DNA from: Halarcobacter sp.
GTDB lineage: Bacteria > Campylobacterota > Campylobacteria > Campylobacterales > Arcobacteraceae
Direction: 5' to 3'
NCBI GenBank assembly: GCA_963676565.1
Contig: OY781089.1
Location: 3,168,001-3,232,000, forward strand
DNA: 64,000 bases
A model generated the notes under the pieces. That model ran no database searches. It was not told the DNA's origin and saw only the letters and a program-made list of their open reading frames with translations. Position numbers and translations under genes: made by a program. Below are positions 8,823-18,878 of the stretch, in pieces (position 1 is the first letter of the stretch; the number at the start of each line of letters is the position of its first letter).

Positions 8823-10280
8823 TTATAAATTTAATTGCGTAATTTTTTCTAAAACTTTCTTTTTTAGAACTTTAAATTCTAAATTAGATTTTTCACATTC
8901 AAAAATTAGATTATCAAGTTCATTATCCCTTTTCAAATAAGGAATTAGAATTTTCAATAAATCCAATCTATCTTTGGAAGACTTAATCAACTTACTTAAA
9001 GATGTTTCTTTTATTTTCTTTTTTGATTTTTGAAGTTTAACGTAAATATATAAACAAAATATTAATAAAATAGATAATGCTCCAAATAAAAAGTATTTAA
9101 TTTTTTCAATTAAAGGAAACTCTTTTTCTACAAGAACTTTTTCCTCTTTCTCAATAGGCTTTTGTAATATTTCATCTTTATGTTTTTTACCATTTACTTT
9201 AATTTTAAAACTTTTAGTTTTTAAAACTTTAACTTTGTTCTCTTCTTTATTGAAAAACTTCAATTCAAATGGGGGAATTTCAAGTGAAGTATTTGGAACT
9301 ATTGAAAATACTTTTGAGTATTTCCCTTGATATTTATCATCTTCAAATTTAGTTTCAATTTTTGCTTCATTATCATAAATTGTTGTATTTGGGATATCAA
9401 GTTTAAAATCTTCTATATCATCAAAATTTCCAAAACCAGTAATCTCTAGTCTGTAATTTATTGATTCCCCTAGATTTATTTCATTTTTATCAATAGTTAC
9501 ATTTAAAGTAAAATCACCAATTAAAGTTACATCATTGGGAAGAGCTTTTACATTCAAACTTAAACTGTTTGAATATATTTTTTTTAATTTTGGAGCTGAA
9601 CTAAAAAATGTAAAATTAGAAGAGCTTGTTGTATCAACCATTTGAACATCAACCCTCAAAGGTTTAATTTCTAAAGTCCCACTTTTTTGAGGGAATAAAA
9701 GAAAATCCAACTCTTGAACCATATATCCATTTTCTTCATATCTTTTATTTGAATTATCAATTTTTTTATACCAAAAGTTTTCAAAATGGGGTGGTTCAAA
9801 ACCTAAATTTGTTATTTTCAAACCCCTTTTATATTTAAAAGTTAATTTTACTATTAATGATTCACCAACATAAAGTTGCTTTTTAGAAGGTGCAATTGTT
9901 AAATCAAAATCATCGGAATTTGTTTTTTGAATCTTTCTTTCTATTACTTTTTTCTCTTCCGATTTAACTTCTTTATCATCTATTTTAAAAATAAAAGAAG
10001 GAATTGTAAAGTTTTTATTAGGGAATATTCTAAATCTTTTTAAAATCTTTTCATCATAATTACCATTTATTATTTGTAAAGACCTTGAGGTACCTAAATC
10101 TTCAACAATAAAACCATCAATTTGTTTAATCTCAGGAAAATCTACAGAACTTCCTACTGCTTCATATTCAAAAATATAAGATTCTCCATTTATAAAAGTA
10201 TCTGGAGCCTTAAGTGTTACACTCGCTTGTAAAAAAAATGGAAATAAAATAAATGAAAAAAAGAAAAAAAGCTTTTTCAT
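8823..10280 (-). CDS. batD: BatD family protein
   Basis: Signal peptide, tandem Ig-like beta domains (TSRSLQIING, LYVGE, LFPQKSG, ITGFGNF) and a C-terminal TM helix. Confidence 0.8.
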   Translation of the reverse strand: MKKLFFFFSFILFPFFLQASVTLKAPDTFINGESYIFEYEAVGSSVDFPEIKQIDGFIVEDLGTSRSLQIINGNYDEKILKRFRIFPNKNFTIPSFIFKIDDKEVKSEEKKVIERKIQKTNSDDFDLTIAPSKKQLYVGESLIVKLTFKYKRGLKITNLGFEPPHFENFWYKKIDNSNKRYEENGYMVQELDFLLFPQKSGTLEIKPLRVDVQMVDTTSSSNFTFFSSAPKLKKIYSNSLSLNVKALPNDVTLIGDFTLNVTIDKNEINLGESINYRLEITGFGNFDDIEDFKLDIPNTTIYDNEAKIETKFEDDKYQGKYSKVFSIVPNTSLEIPPFELKFFNKEENKVKVLKTKSFKIKVNGKKHKDEILQKPIEKEEKVLVEKEFPLIEKIKYFLFGALSILLIFCLYIYVKLQKSKKKIKETSLSKLIKSSKDRLDLLKILIPYLKRDNELDNLIFECEKSNLEFKVLKKKVLEKITQLNL

Positions 10281-12400
10281 TAGAACTCCAATGTTCCCTC
10301 AATAGCAAAATTTGCTCTTGAATCTAATTCTGCATGGGATAAAACTGCTACTTGTAAACCAAATTTTTCATAAATTTCTGAAATTCTTTTTCTTAATAGT
10401 GGGTCTACAACCATAGCAACCTTACTAAACCCTTTTGCCTCAACTTGTTCTAACATCTCTTTTGTTTTTGTTACAAGACTATTTATCTCGGCAATTGATA
10501 ACATAAGTTGAGAAACTCCGTGCTGTTCTTGAAGCTTTCCAATAAATTGTTGTTCAATTTCAGGTTTTATTGTAATAATATGTAAGGTATTATCTGTATC
10601 TTTAAATCTAGCAGTAATAAGTCTATAAAGTTTACTTCTCACATGCTCTAAAAGAACATCAGGGGCCTTTGTAAACTCTGCAATATCTGCAATTGCTTCA
10701 ACAATAGTTAACATATCGACAATTGGTATTTTTTCATGGAGTAAATCTTTACAAACTTTTAATAAAGAGCCATAAGATGTAACTTTCATTGCTTCTTCTA
10801 CAACAATTGGGAAATCTTTTTTCAAGCCATCAATTATATCAACAATATCTTGTCTAGTAATAATATCTTCAGCATGTTTTTTTATAATTTCTGAGATATG
10901 TGTTGAAATAATTGTTGGAGCATCGACAACTGTAAAACCTTTCATTAAGGCATCCTCTTTTTGCTCCACGTCAATCCATGTAGCATCAAGATTAAATACA
11001 GGTTCTTTTACCCTTAAGCCTTTTAATTTTTCATTTCCTACTCCACCCATGGCAAGAAGTTTATTAATTTCAACTCTTCCTTTTGCAATGGGTATTCTTT
11101 TTAGATAAAGTTCATACTCATTTGGTGATAGATTAGGATCATCTGCAATTCTTATTTGTGGAATTATAAATCCAAGTTCAGATGCAATAGTTTTTCTAAT
11201 AGCTCTAATCTTATCGAGAAGTTCAGAATCCCCTTGAACAAGTTGTAATAGTCTGATACCCAGCTTTAATTCTAAAACTTCAAGCTTCATGATATTTTCC
11301 ATAACTTGTTTCTCATCAGGAGCGGCAGCTTTTCTCTTTTTCTCTTTTAAATCATTAATGTCTGCACTTGGTTCAATTTTAGATGTTGATTTAGTTGCTG
11401 GTTTTATTAATCTAGTAATTGCATTATCTTGATTATCTTCAACCATATAAATTGCGTATCCAATAAAGATTAAAAAAAGTCCCATTATCATCAAAATACC
11501 AGTTGGGAAACCTGGAACAAAACCAAAAAGAACCATACCAATTCCAACTAAAATTAATGATTTTGAATCTTTAACAAGTTGAGCAACTGATTGATTTGCA
11601 AATTTATCTTCATCCATATTAGAACGAGTAATAATAATGGCTGTTGCAGTTGAAAGAATAAGAGCTGGAATTTGTGCTACAAGTCCATCACCTATAGTTA
11701 GAATCGTATATATCTCACCACTCTCACTAACCGTCATGTCATGTTGAAAAAGACCAATTAAAAGTCCACCAATTAAGTTTACAAGAGTAATAATAATACC
11801 AGCAACTGCATCACCTTTTACAAACTTTGAAGACCCATCCATTGCCCCATAAAAATTTGCTTCAGTTATAAGCTCTTTTCTTCTTTGTTGTGCCTCTTTA
11901 TCATCAATAAATCCTGCATTTAAATCCGCATCAATTGCCATTTGTTTACCAGGCATAGAATCAAGAGTAAACCTTGCAGTAACCTCAGCAACCCTTGTGG
12001 CACCTTTTGTTACTACCATAAAGTTAATAAGTACAAGGATAATAAATACAATAATACCAATTACCATATTTCCACCAACAACAAAGTCTCCAAAGGCAGA
12101 AATTATAGAACTTACTGCTTCAGGACCATTATGTCCCTCACTTAAAATTGATCTTGTGGTTGCAATATTTAAAGATAACCTAAATAGGGCTAAAATAAGT
12201 ATTATTGTAGGGAAAGTTGTTAAATCTGCTGGTTTTTGAATATATAATGAAATAAGTAAAATAAGTAAAGACAAAGATAAAGAAACTATCAAAAAGAAAT
12301 CTAGTGCACCTTTTGGTAAAGGAACGATAATAATCGTTAATATAGACACAAAAAGTGCAACTACAAATAAATCTTTTGAAAAAAACCTTTTTAAATTCAT
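10280..12400 (-). CDS. flhA: Flagellar export gate protein FlhA
   Basis: FHIPEP motifs RVAEVTARFTLDSMPGKQMAIDADL and FYGAMDG. Confidence 0.97.
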   Translation of the reverse strand: MNLKRFFSKDLFVVALFVSILTIIIVPLPKGALDFFLIVSLSLSLLILLISLYIQKPADLTTFPTIILILALFRLSLNIATTRSILSEGHNGPEAVSSIISAFGDFVVGGNMVIGIIVFIILVLINFMVVTKGATRVAEVTARFTLDSMPGKQMAIDADLNAGFIDDKEAQQRRKELITEANFYGAMDGSSKFVKGDAVAGIIITLVNLIGGLLIGLFQHDMTVSESGEIYTILTIGDGLVAQIPALILSTATAIIITRSNMDEDKFANQSVAQLVKDSKSLILVGIGMVLFGFVPGFPTGILMIMGLFLIFIGYAIYMVEDNQDNAITRLIKPATKSTSKIEPSADINDLKEKKRKAAAPDEKQVMENIMKLEVLELKLGIRLLQLVQGDSELLDKIRAIRKTIASELGFIIPQIRIADDPNLSPNEYELYLKRIPIAKGRVEINKLLAMGGVGNEKLKGLRVKEPVFNLDATWIDVEQKEDALMKGFTVVDAPTIISTHISEIIKKHAEDIITRQDIVDIIDGLKKDFPIVVEEAMKVTSYGSLLKVCKDLLHEKIPIVDMLTIVEAIADIAEFTKAPDVLLEHVRSKLYRLITARFKDTDNTLHIITIKPEIEQQFIGKLQEQHGVSQLMLSIAEINSLVTKTKEMLEQVEAKGFSKVAMVVDPLLRKRISEIYEKFGLQVAVLSHAELDSRANFAIEGTLEF

Positions 12401-12416
12401 CTACTACTTTTTTATT

Positions 12417-13769
12417 CTATCTAACAAAATTAACTAAAGATAATTCATTCATCTTGTTTATTGTTGAATAAAGTGCAGTGTATGTTAACTCCAATGCTTT
12501 TGCTTCAACAGCTACCTTTGATAAATCAGCAGCTCCAACTTCTTGAGATAATATATTATATTGAGTAACTTTTGCAGAAACTCTTTCAAGTGAAATGTCA
12601 AAAACTTGATTTCTTCCACCAAGTTTTCCATGGGCAATATTCATACCATCATAAGCTTCACCAATCTCATCTAAACCATTTTGTAAAGTTGCTCTTGCAA
12701 CATCATCTTCAATTGGATTACCATCAGAATCAAGTTTTTTAAGAGCATTAATTATAGAATCCATTGTATCAAAAATATTTTCTTTTGCTTCAAATTTTGT
12801 TCCATCTACATTTGGAGCAATTACAGTAAAAGCATCAGGTGAACTACCAGATATAGTTAGAGTTTCACCACTTACATCTCCATTTGGCTTATATTCTACT
12901 AATTGTATTGTTGAAAAACTACTTATTGTACTTGAAGATGTAGTTGTTGCTGGTAAGTTTATAGAATAAGGATCAGACTCTGTTCCTGTTCCTGAAATAT
13001 TACCTGAAGCTATTGTATCGCCATTATCATTGACAAGTTCTCCAGAACCATTGATATTCCAAACAGTACCATTATTATCAATTACAGATTGTCCAGAAGT
13101 AAATGTTAATGCTCCACTTGTAACTTCAGAAGAAGTTTCAAGTTTCCACTCATCACCATCTTGATCAACAATTCTTTGATTTTCTGTAAACTCTAGGGTA
13201 TCACCTTTATAAGCACTACTTGTTGAATAGAAAAAAGCTTCAAAACCATTTACACCTCTTTCTCTATATTCACCATCTTCAACAGCTACTTTTCTTAATA
13301 GTGCATCGCCATTATATGTTACTTTTCCAGTAGATTCGTCCATTGAAAAAGCTTGAACTGAAGAATCAGAACCAGCAAATAAATATTCACCCTCAACCTC
13401 TTCATTTGCTAACATGTATAAGTTTTGTTTTACACCTTCTAAGTTTGTAGCTATGGCAAGTCTTGCAGTGTCGTCGGTTGTTGCATTTAAAGCTTTAATA
13501 ACCTCTGTTTTTGTATAAGAAACTAAATCTTTTGCATCTGCAAGTGTTGAATCACTTGAGTTATTTTGCGCAGTTGTTTTTTCAATTTGGAATTTTAAGC
13601 CCTCATACATTCTGATTTTATCATCAATGTAAACTTCCCTTGAATAGATATTAGCATCATCACTACCGTCTTGAAGTTTTTTACCAGTACTCATCTGATA
13701 ACTAATTCTCTGTTGTTCATTGTTAAGATTATCCAATCTATACATTGTCGTTTGTGTTGACCTTATCAT
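12417..13769 (-). CDS. flgL: Flagellar hook-filament junction protein FlgL
   Basis: Flagellin-family N-terminus (QMSTGKK..SDD), GEYLFAG, and FlgL-type C-terminus (ALYSTINKMNELSLVNFVR). Confidence 0.88.
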   Translation of the reverse strand: MIRSTQTTMYRLDNLNNEQQRISYQMSTGKKLQDGSDDANIYSREVYIDDKIRMYEGLKFQIEKTTAQNNSSDSTLADAKDLVSYTKTEVIKALNATTDDTARLAIATNLEGVKQNLYMLANEEVEGEYLFAGSDSSVQAFSMDESTGKVTYNGDALLRKVAVEDGEYRERGVNGFEAFFYSTSSAYKGDTLEFTENQRIVDQDGDEWKLETSSEVTSGALTFTSGQSVIDNNGTVWNINGSGELVNDNGDTIASGNISGTGTESDPYSINLPATTTSSSTISSFSTIQLVEYKPNGDVSGETLTISGSSPDAFTVIAPNVDGTKFEAKENIFDTMDSIINALKKLDSDGNPIEDDVARATLQNGLDEIGEAYDGMNIAHGKLGGRNQVFDISLERVSAKVTQYNILSQEVGAADLSKVAVEAKALELTYTALYSTINKMNELSLVNFVR

Positions 13770-15073
13770 TTGAATACCTCCTTAAACTTGTGTACTATCT
13801 CATTAAAATTATACTGTTCTTTCATACTTTGTGTCAAGAAATCTCTAACTTTATCTTTTCTAGCCAATGCATCATCTAGCTCAGGGTCCATTCCTGCTTT
13901 ATATGCTCCAACTCTAACTAGAACTTCATTCTCTTTTATTAGTGATAATATCCTTTTTAGCTTTAAAAAGTCATTATAATGGTCATCACTAACAACTTTG
14001 TCCATTACCCTTGACGCTGATTTTAGAATATTTATAGGTGGATAAAAACCTTGTTCGGTTAAATCTCTTGTTAATACAATATGTCCATCTAAAATAGACC
14101 TACTTTGATCTGCAATTGGATCATTCATATCATCACCATCAACTAAAACTGTAAAAAATGCAGTAATTGAACCCTTTGCATTATTTCCTGCACGCTCCAT
14201 TAATTGGGGTAAAAGTGCAAAAACTGAAGGTGGATATCCACGGCTAACTGGTGGTTCACCGGTACTTAATCCAATTTCCCTTTGTGCCATTGCAAATCTT
14301 GTTACAGAATCCATCATTAAAAGTACATCATGCCCTTTATCCCTAAAAAACTCAGCAATTGCCATTGCTGTAAAGGCACCATATTTTCTCATTAAGGCTG
14401 ATTCATCTGAAGTTGCAGCAACAATAATTGTATTTTCCAAATCATCATTTAGATTATAGTGTATAAACTCAGGGATTTCACGTCCCCTTTCACCAATTAA
14501 TGCTACAACTTTTATCTGTGCTTCACAACCTTTTACAATCATACCCATTAAAGTTGATTTACCAACACCAGAACCTGCAAAAATTCCAACTTTTTGTCCC
14601 TTCCCTGATGTTAACATTGAATCAATTGGTTTAACTCCTGTTGAGAATCTTTTATCAATAATTCCCCTCTCAAGTGCAGGCATTGAGACTTTATTTATTG
14701 CTGAGCTTTCTTCAAGATTTGTAATTTTACCTTTATCATCAATTGGTTCACCTAGTGCATTTACAACACGACCTAATAAACCATATCCACTTTTAACAGA
14801 TAAACCCTCTTTTTGTAAATAAACCTTATCATGAATTCTAAAACCATCAATAAAAGAAAAAGGTACAATTGTGAAATCTGATGATTCAATTGAAGCTACC
14901 ATTCCTAAAACAGTATAAAGATGTGCTTGAGACTCAATTTTTACAATATCACCAACAGCAACTTCTATACCTGTTGCCTTTATTGTAGTTGTTGAGATAT
15001 GTTTAATTCTACCAAAAGGTATTGATAAATCTTTTGTTTCAATACTATTTAAAAGTGACTCAATATCTACCAT
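13766..15073 (-). CDS. fliI: Flagellar export ATPase FliI
   Basis: Motifs GIFAGSGVGKST, ALIGERGRE, DSVTRFAMAQREIG. Confidence 0.97.
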   Translation of the reverse strand: MVDIESLLNSIETKDLSIPFGRIKHISTTTIKATGIEVAVGDIVKIESQAHLYTVLGMVASIESSDFTIVPFSFIDGFRIHDKVYLQKEGLSVKSGYGLLGRVVNALGEPIDDKGKITNLEESSAINKVSMPALERGIIDKRFSTGVKPIDSMLTSGKGQKVGIFAGSGVGKSTLMGMIVKGCEAQIKVVALIGERGREIPEFIHYNLNDDLENTIIVAATSDESALMRKYGAFTAMAIAEFFRDKGHDVLLMMDSVTRFAMAQREIGLSTGEPPVSRGYPPSVFALLPQLMERAGNNAKGSITAFFTVLVDGDDMNDPIADQSRSILDGHIVLTRDLTEQGFYPPINILKSASRVMDKVVSDDHYNDFLKLKRILSLIKENEVLVRVGAYKAGMDPELDDALARKDKVRDFLTQSMKEQYNFNEIVHKFKEVFK

Positions 15074-17067
15074 TACATCTCATCACACATTTTTTTATAA
15101 AGACTATCTTTTGTATTTTCAATATCCTTACACTTATTAATATATTCATCTTTTTTAATGTTATTATCAAATTCTTCATATAATTTTATAATAGAATAAT
15201 ATGTTTGTGCAAGGTCATTTGGTTTTATCCTTCTTGCATTTTCAATTGATTTTAAAAGTAAGTCTAAAGCTTTTTTGTTGTTATTATTGGTTTGTTCAAT
15301 TTTTGATAATTCTAACTCAACAAATGGAGAATAAACATAAGCTTTTAAAGCATTTTGTTTATCATAAAGCTTTATTAATATCTCTTTTGCCTTTTCTTTC
15401 ATATCTTTTTTTATAAGATATAAATAATAGTTGTAATAAAAATCAATAATCATTGGATTATCTCTATTATCTTCTATAAAATCTTCATTTTTTGAAGCAA
15501 AATTAAAATACCTATCAAGAGCAACAGAATCATTTTTTTGCTTTAAAAGTAAAAACTTATATAAAAACTCTTTACTTAAAACTTTTTTATCATCTACCAT
15601 TTCAACTTTATTTGAATAATTTTCTGCTTCCTCAAAATCCCTTAATGAAATAGCCATTCTTTCTAAGTATAAATATATGTTTGCATCTCTTGTTGAATTA
15701 AAAGTATCTTTTATAAGTAAAAAAGATTTTTCAGAAGGAGCTTCAACCATACACTCAAAAAACTTATATTTTAACTCTTCATCTTTTATTAAAAGTTCTA
15801 GAGTCTCATTTCTTGATGTTTCTAAAGCATCTTTTAGTAAAAAACATTTACCTGTTCTTAGATAGTTTTTTATCATCTCAATATTAACTTCATCAAAAAT
15901 TGCATTTACAGAATCATAACCAAACCTATTTGCTATTGTATTTGATATTTTTCTGTACACTTTTTTCGATTTTAAAATAAGCTCATATTTTTTTTTGGCT
16001 TTATCATTAAGCAACTCTTGTAATAAAACTTTTTGTTGCATAGCTTCAGAAGATTGATATTTCGTTGCTAAAACAGCAGGTTCTATTTTCCCTTCTCTCA
16101 TGACAATTTCATCAAGATACATTTTTGACTTTTCAAAATATATCCCATCGGGAAAATCATTTATAATATCTTTATACAATTCTTTTGCCTTTAAAAGATA
16201 TTTATCAGTTCTATCATACATACTCATGTAAGTGTCTGCAAGTTTAAACTTAAAATCTTCAATTGATGAGGGTTTATTAGTTCTTTGTAAAAGCTCTTCT
16301 AAAATCTCAACTGCAAATTCAGGCATACCAACCTTAGTAAGTCTATTTACTTTTTCTAAAGCAAGATAGGAGTCATCTGCGTAATAATCCATATTTTTTT
16401 GAAGAACTTTTGAGATTAACTCATAAGCTTTTTCTCTTTTTCCATCTAAAATATATACATCAAATAGCTCATCTGCAACAATTGTAGCAACTAAAACATC
16501 AGTTGTTTCAGTTAAAATCTTGTATAAAATATTGATTGCTTTTCCATAATCCCTTTGATGTTTATAGATTTTTGCTAAATAGATTTTTCCATAAGCTTTT
16601 GTAACAGGATTATTAAAATTGTTTATAATAATATTTGCAAAATATATTGCATCTTTTGATTTGTTTGTATTTAGTTTTAATTCAATTAAAACCATATAAG
16701 CTCTTGCTAAATCCTCTTCGTAAATTTTTGAGTCATTAATTGCTTGCTCTAACTCTTTTGAAGCTTCTAATATTAATCTTTTTGTTTTCTTTTTTAATGC
16801 AAGTTCTGAATATACTACAATAAGTGCAGAATCTAATATTTTAATTGTATTTTGCCCTTTAAAGGCTTCAATTTGAGTATAAGCTTCATCAATTTTACCC
16901 TCTTTTGCAAGTTGTCTTGCATGGTTAATAATCTCGAAGCCATCTGATATTGCGCGTTTTCTTCTCTGAGAAATTTGCTCCCCTGAAGAATCAATAAAAC
17001 CATAATAAAAATCTTTTTTTGCAAATAATGTTGAAAATAACAAAATAAATATTATTAGTAACTTCAA
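15073..17067 (-). CDS. Periplasmic TPR protein, PflA-like motor scaffold
   Basis: Signal peptide and TPR-like helical repeats. The segment KAINILYKILTETTD..VA...LQKNMDYY resembles Campylobacter PflA as I recall it. Lies inside the flagellar operon, overlapping fliI. Confidence 0.65.
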   Translation of the reverse strand: MKLLIIFILLFSTLFAKKDFYYGFIDSSGEQISQRRKRAISDGFEIINHARQLAKEGKIDEAYTQIEAFKGQNTIKILDSALIVVYSELALKKKTKRLILEASKELEQAINDSKIYEEDLARAYMVLIELKLNTNKSKDAIYFANIIINNFNNPVTKAYGKIYLAKIYKHQRDYGKAINILYKILTETTDVLVATIVADELFDVYILDGKREKAYELISKVLQKNMDYYADDSYLALEKVNRLTKVGMPEFAVEILEELLQRTNKPSSIEDFKFKLADTYMSMYDRTDKYLLKAKELYKDIINDFPDGIYFEKSKMYLDEIVMREGKIEPAVLATKYQSSEAMQQKVLLQELLNDKAKKKYELILKSKKVYRKISNTIANRFGYDSVNAIFDEVNIEMIKNYLRTGKCFLLKDALETSRNETLELLIKDEELKYKFFECMVEAPSEKSFLLIKDTFNSTRDANIYLYLERMAISLRDFEEAENYSNKVEMVDDKKVLSKEFLYKFLLLKQKNDSVALDRYFNFASKNEDFIEDNRDNPMIIDFYYNYYLYLIKKDMKEKAKEILIKLYDKQNALKAYVYSPFVELELSKIEQTNNNNKKALDLLLKSIENARRIKPNDLAQTYYSIIKLYEEFDNNIKKDEYINKCKDIENTKDSLYKKMCDEM

Positions 17068-17070
17068 ACT

Positions 17071-18129
17071 TTACCTTCTTTTTTTATTCTTTAACTCATA
17101 TACATATGAAAATATCTCAGCCATGGCTTTATAAAATTCACTAGGTATTTCTTGATCTATTTCTATTTGTGAATAAATAGATCTTGCCAATGAGGGATTT
17201 TCAATAATTGGGATATTATTTTCCCTTGCTATATCTTTTATTTTTAAAGCAATAAAATCTATCCCTTTAGCAACAACTTTTGGTGCATTATCTACTTTAT
17301 TATCATATTTCAATGCAACAGCATAATGTGTAGGGTTTGTTATTACAACATCAGCATCAGGTACATCAGACATCATTCTTTTCATTGCCATTTGCATCTG
17401 AATTTTACGGATTCGCCCTTTTACTTGAGGGTCCCCTTCCATATTTTTATACTCATCTTTTATCTCTTGTTTACTCATTCTAAGAGACTTAAAATAGTAA
17501 TACCTTGTGAAATAAAAATCTATTATAGCAAAAATAATTATAATTAAAAGTATGGCTGCAAGGAAATAAACTACCAATTCAACAATTGAATTAATGGTAT
17601 TCATTAACTCCTTATCCATCATTGCTAAAAATGATTTATATGTAAACATCAAAACAATAAACATCACTATTACAATAATAGTAAGTTTTAATGTCAACTT
17701 TAAAGCCTCCAATGCTTTTTTTAAACCAAAAATATTTTTTAAACCTTTTATGGGATCAAGTTTTTGTAAATCAAATTTCAAAGGAGTTACTAAAAAACCA
17801 AATTGTGCCCAGTTTGTTATAAGCGCAAGCAAAATCACTAAAGTAAAAATAGGTAATAATGTCTGTATAACTGTAATTACAGTAGTGTAGCCAATTGAAT
17901 AAAATGCATTTCCTGTTAATTCTTGACCAATAAAATTGTATGTGTATATCATTAATTTTCTAATTGCATCAACTGCTGACCCAGAAAAAAATAATAAATA
18001 AACTGAACCAAAAAGTAAGATAGCTGCCCCTGTAACTTCCATAGATTTAGGGACATTACCTTCTTTTTGGGCATCTTCAATTTTTTTGGAGGTGGGTTCT
18101 TCGGTTTTCTCTTCTTCTTCGCCAGCCAT
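17071..18129 (-). CDS. flhB: Flagellar export switch protein FlhB
   Basis: EKTEEPT N-terminus and NPTH autocleavage motif. Confidence 0.97.
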   Translation of the reverse strand: MAGEEEEKTEEPTSKKIEDAQKEGNVPKSMEVTGAAILLFGSVYLLFFSGSAVDAIRKLMIYTYNFIGQELTGNAFYSIGYTTVITVIQTLLPIFTLVILLALITNWAQFGFLVTPLKFDLQKLDPIKGLKNIFGLKKALEALKLTLKLTIIVIVMFIVLMFTYKSFLAMMDKELMNTINSIVELVVYFLAAILLIIIIFAIIDFYFTRYYYFKSLRMSKQEIKDEYKNMEGDPQVKGRIRKIQMQMAMKRMMSDVPDADVVITNPTHYAVALKYDNKVDNAPKVVAKGIDFIALKIKDIARENNIPIIENPSLARSIYSQIEIDQEIPSEFYKAMAEIFSYVYELKNKKRR

Positions 18130-18878
18130 TACTCAAACTTTGTTATAAGATAATTTGTAAAGCTATCTGCAAATACTTCCATTGCAAGTATTAAGAATAC
18201 AAATATTAATGCAAATTTTAGCTGAAATGTGATTACAAATGGTGAAAATGCAGGCATTGACTTTGTTCCATAACCATAATATATATCCATAATAAAACCA
18301 ATAAAAAATAAAGGTAAGGCAAAGGCAAAGGCAAAGGCAAACATCCTTTTAATCTCATCAATTGCTATTTGAATACCATCATAAGAGAAAATATCAAATG
18401 AACCTAAATGGATAATAGAAAAGCTTTTTGATAAGATTACAATTGTCATCTCATACATACCTGTTTCAAAAAAAAGCATCAAAGCAACCCAATATAAAAG
18501 TCTACTAATTAAACCTTCATTTGAACCAGTTGCAGGGTCAAACATACTTGCCATAGACAAAGCAGTTGAATAACCTACAAAATCTCCAATAATTCTTACA
18601 GAAGCAAAAACAACATTTAAAAACATTGCAGCAATTAAACCTAATGTAATCTCAGTTACAATTGCACCTAGAAATGCTTCTTGAGTAAAAACACCTTGTA
18701 AATTAACTATTGGATATAAAAAAATTGTAATATAAAAAGCTATCCCAACTCTAATTGTTGCAGAGATTGAAGTATGTCCAAAAATTGGCATAAAGGCACA
18801 AAAAGCTAAAATTCTCGCAAAGAGAAGTAAAAAAGAATAAAGAGTTTGCTCATTGAGCAATGATATTAACTCTAACAT
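18129..18878 (-). CDS. fliR: Flagellar export protein FliR
   Basis: Highly hydrophobic; motifs FARI...MPIFG, EITLG, ASMFDP, ALP; adjacent to flhB. Confidence 0.93.
   Translation of the reverse strand: MLELISLLNEQTLYSFLLLFARILAFCAFMPIFGHTSISATIRVGIAFYITIFLYPIVNLQGVFTQEAFLGAIVTEITLGLIAAMFLNVVFASVRIIGDFVGYSTALSMASMFDPATGSNEGLISRLLYWVALMLFFETGMYEMTIVILSKSFSIIHLGSFDIFSYDGIQIAIDEIKRMFAFAFAFALPLFFIGFIMDIYYGYGTKSMPAFSPFVITFQLKFALIFVFLILAMEVFADSFTNYLITKFE
18316..18339. repeat. In-frame hexamer tandem repeat (AAGGCA)x4 in fliR
   Basis: Four exact copies; reads TTT GCC x4 (FAFAFAFA) on the coding strand. Confidence 0.9.

Noticed and set aside
12417..13769. Possible flagellin gene
   Set aside because: The termini and GEYLFAG fit FlgL; it lacks the flagellin-type N-terminus (INTN) and C-terminal QAN...LL motif.
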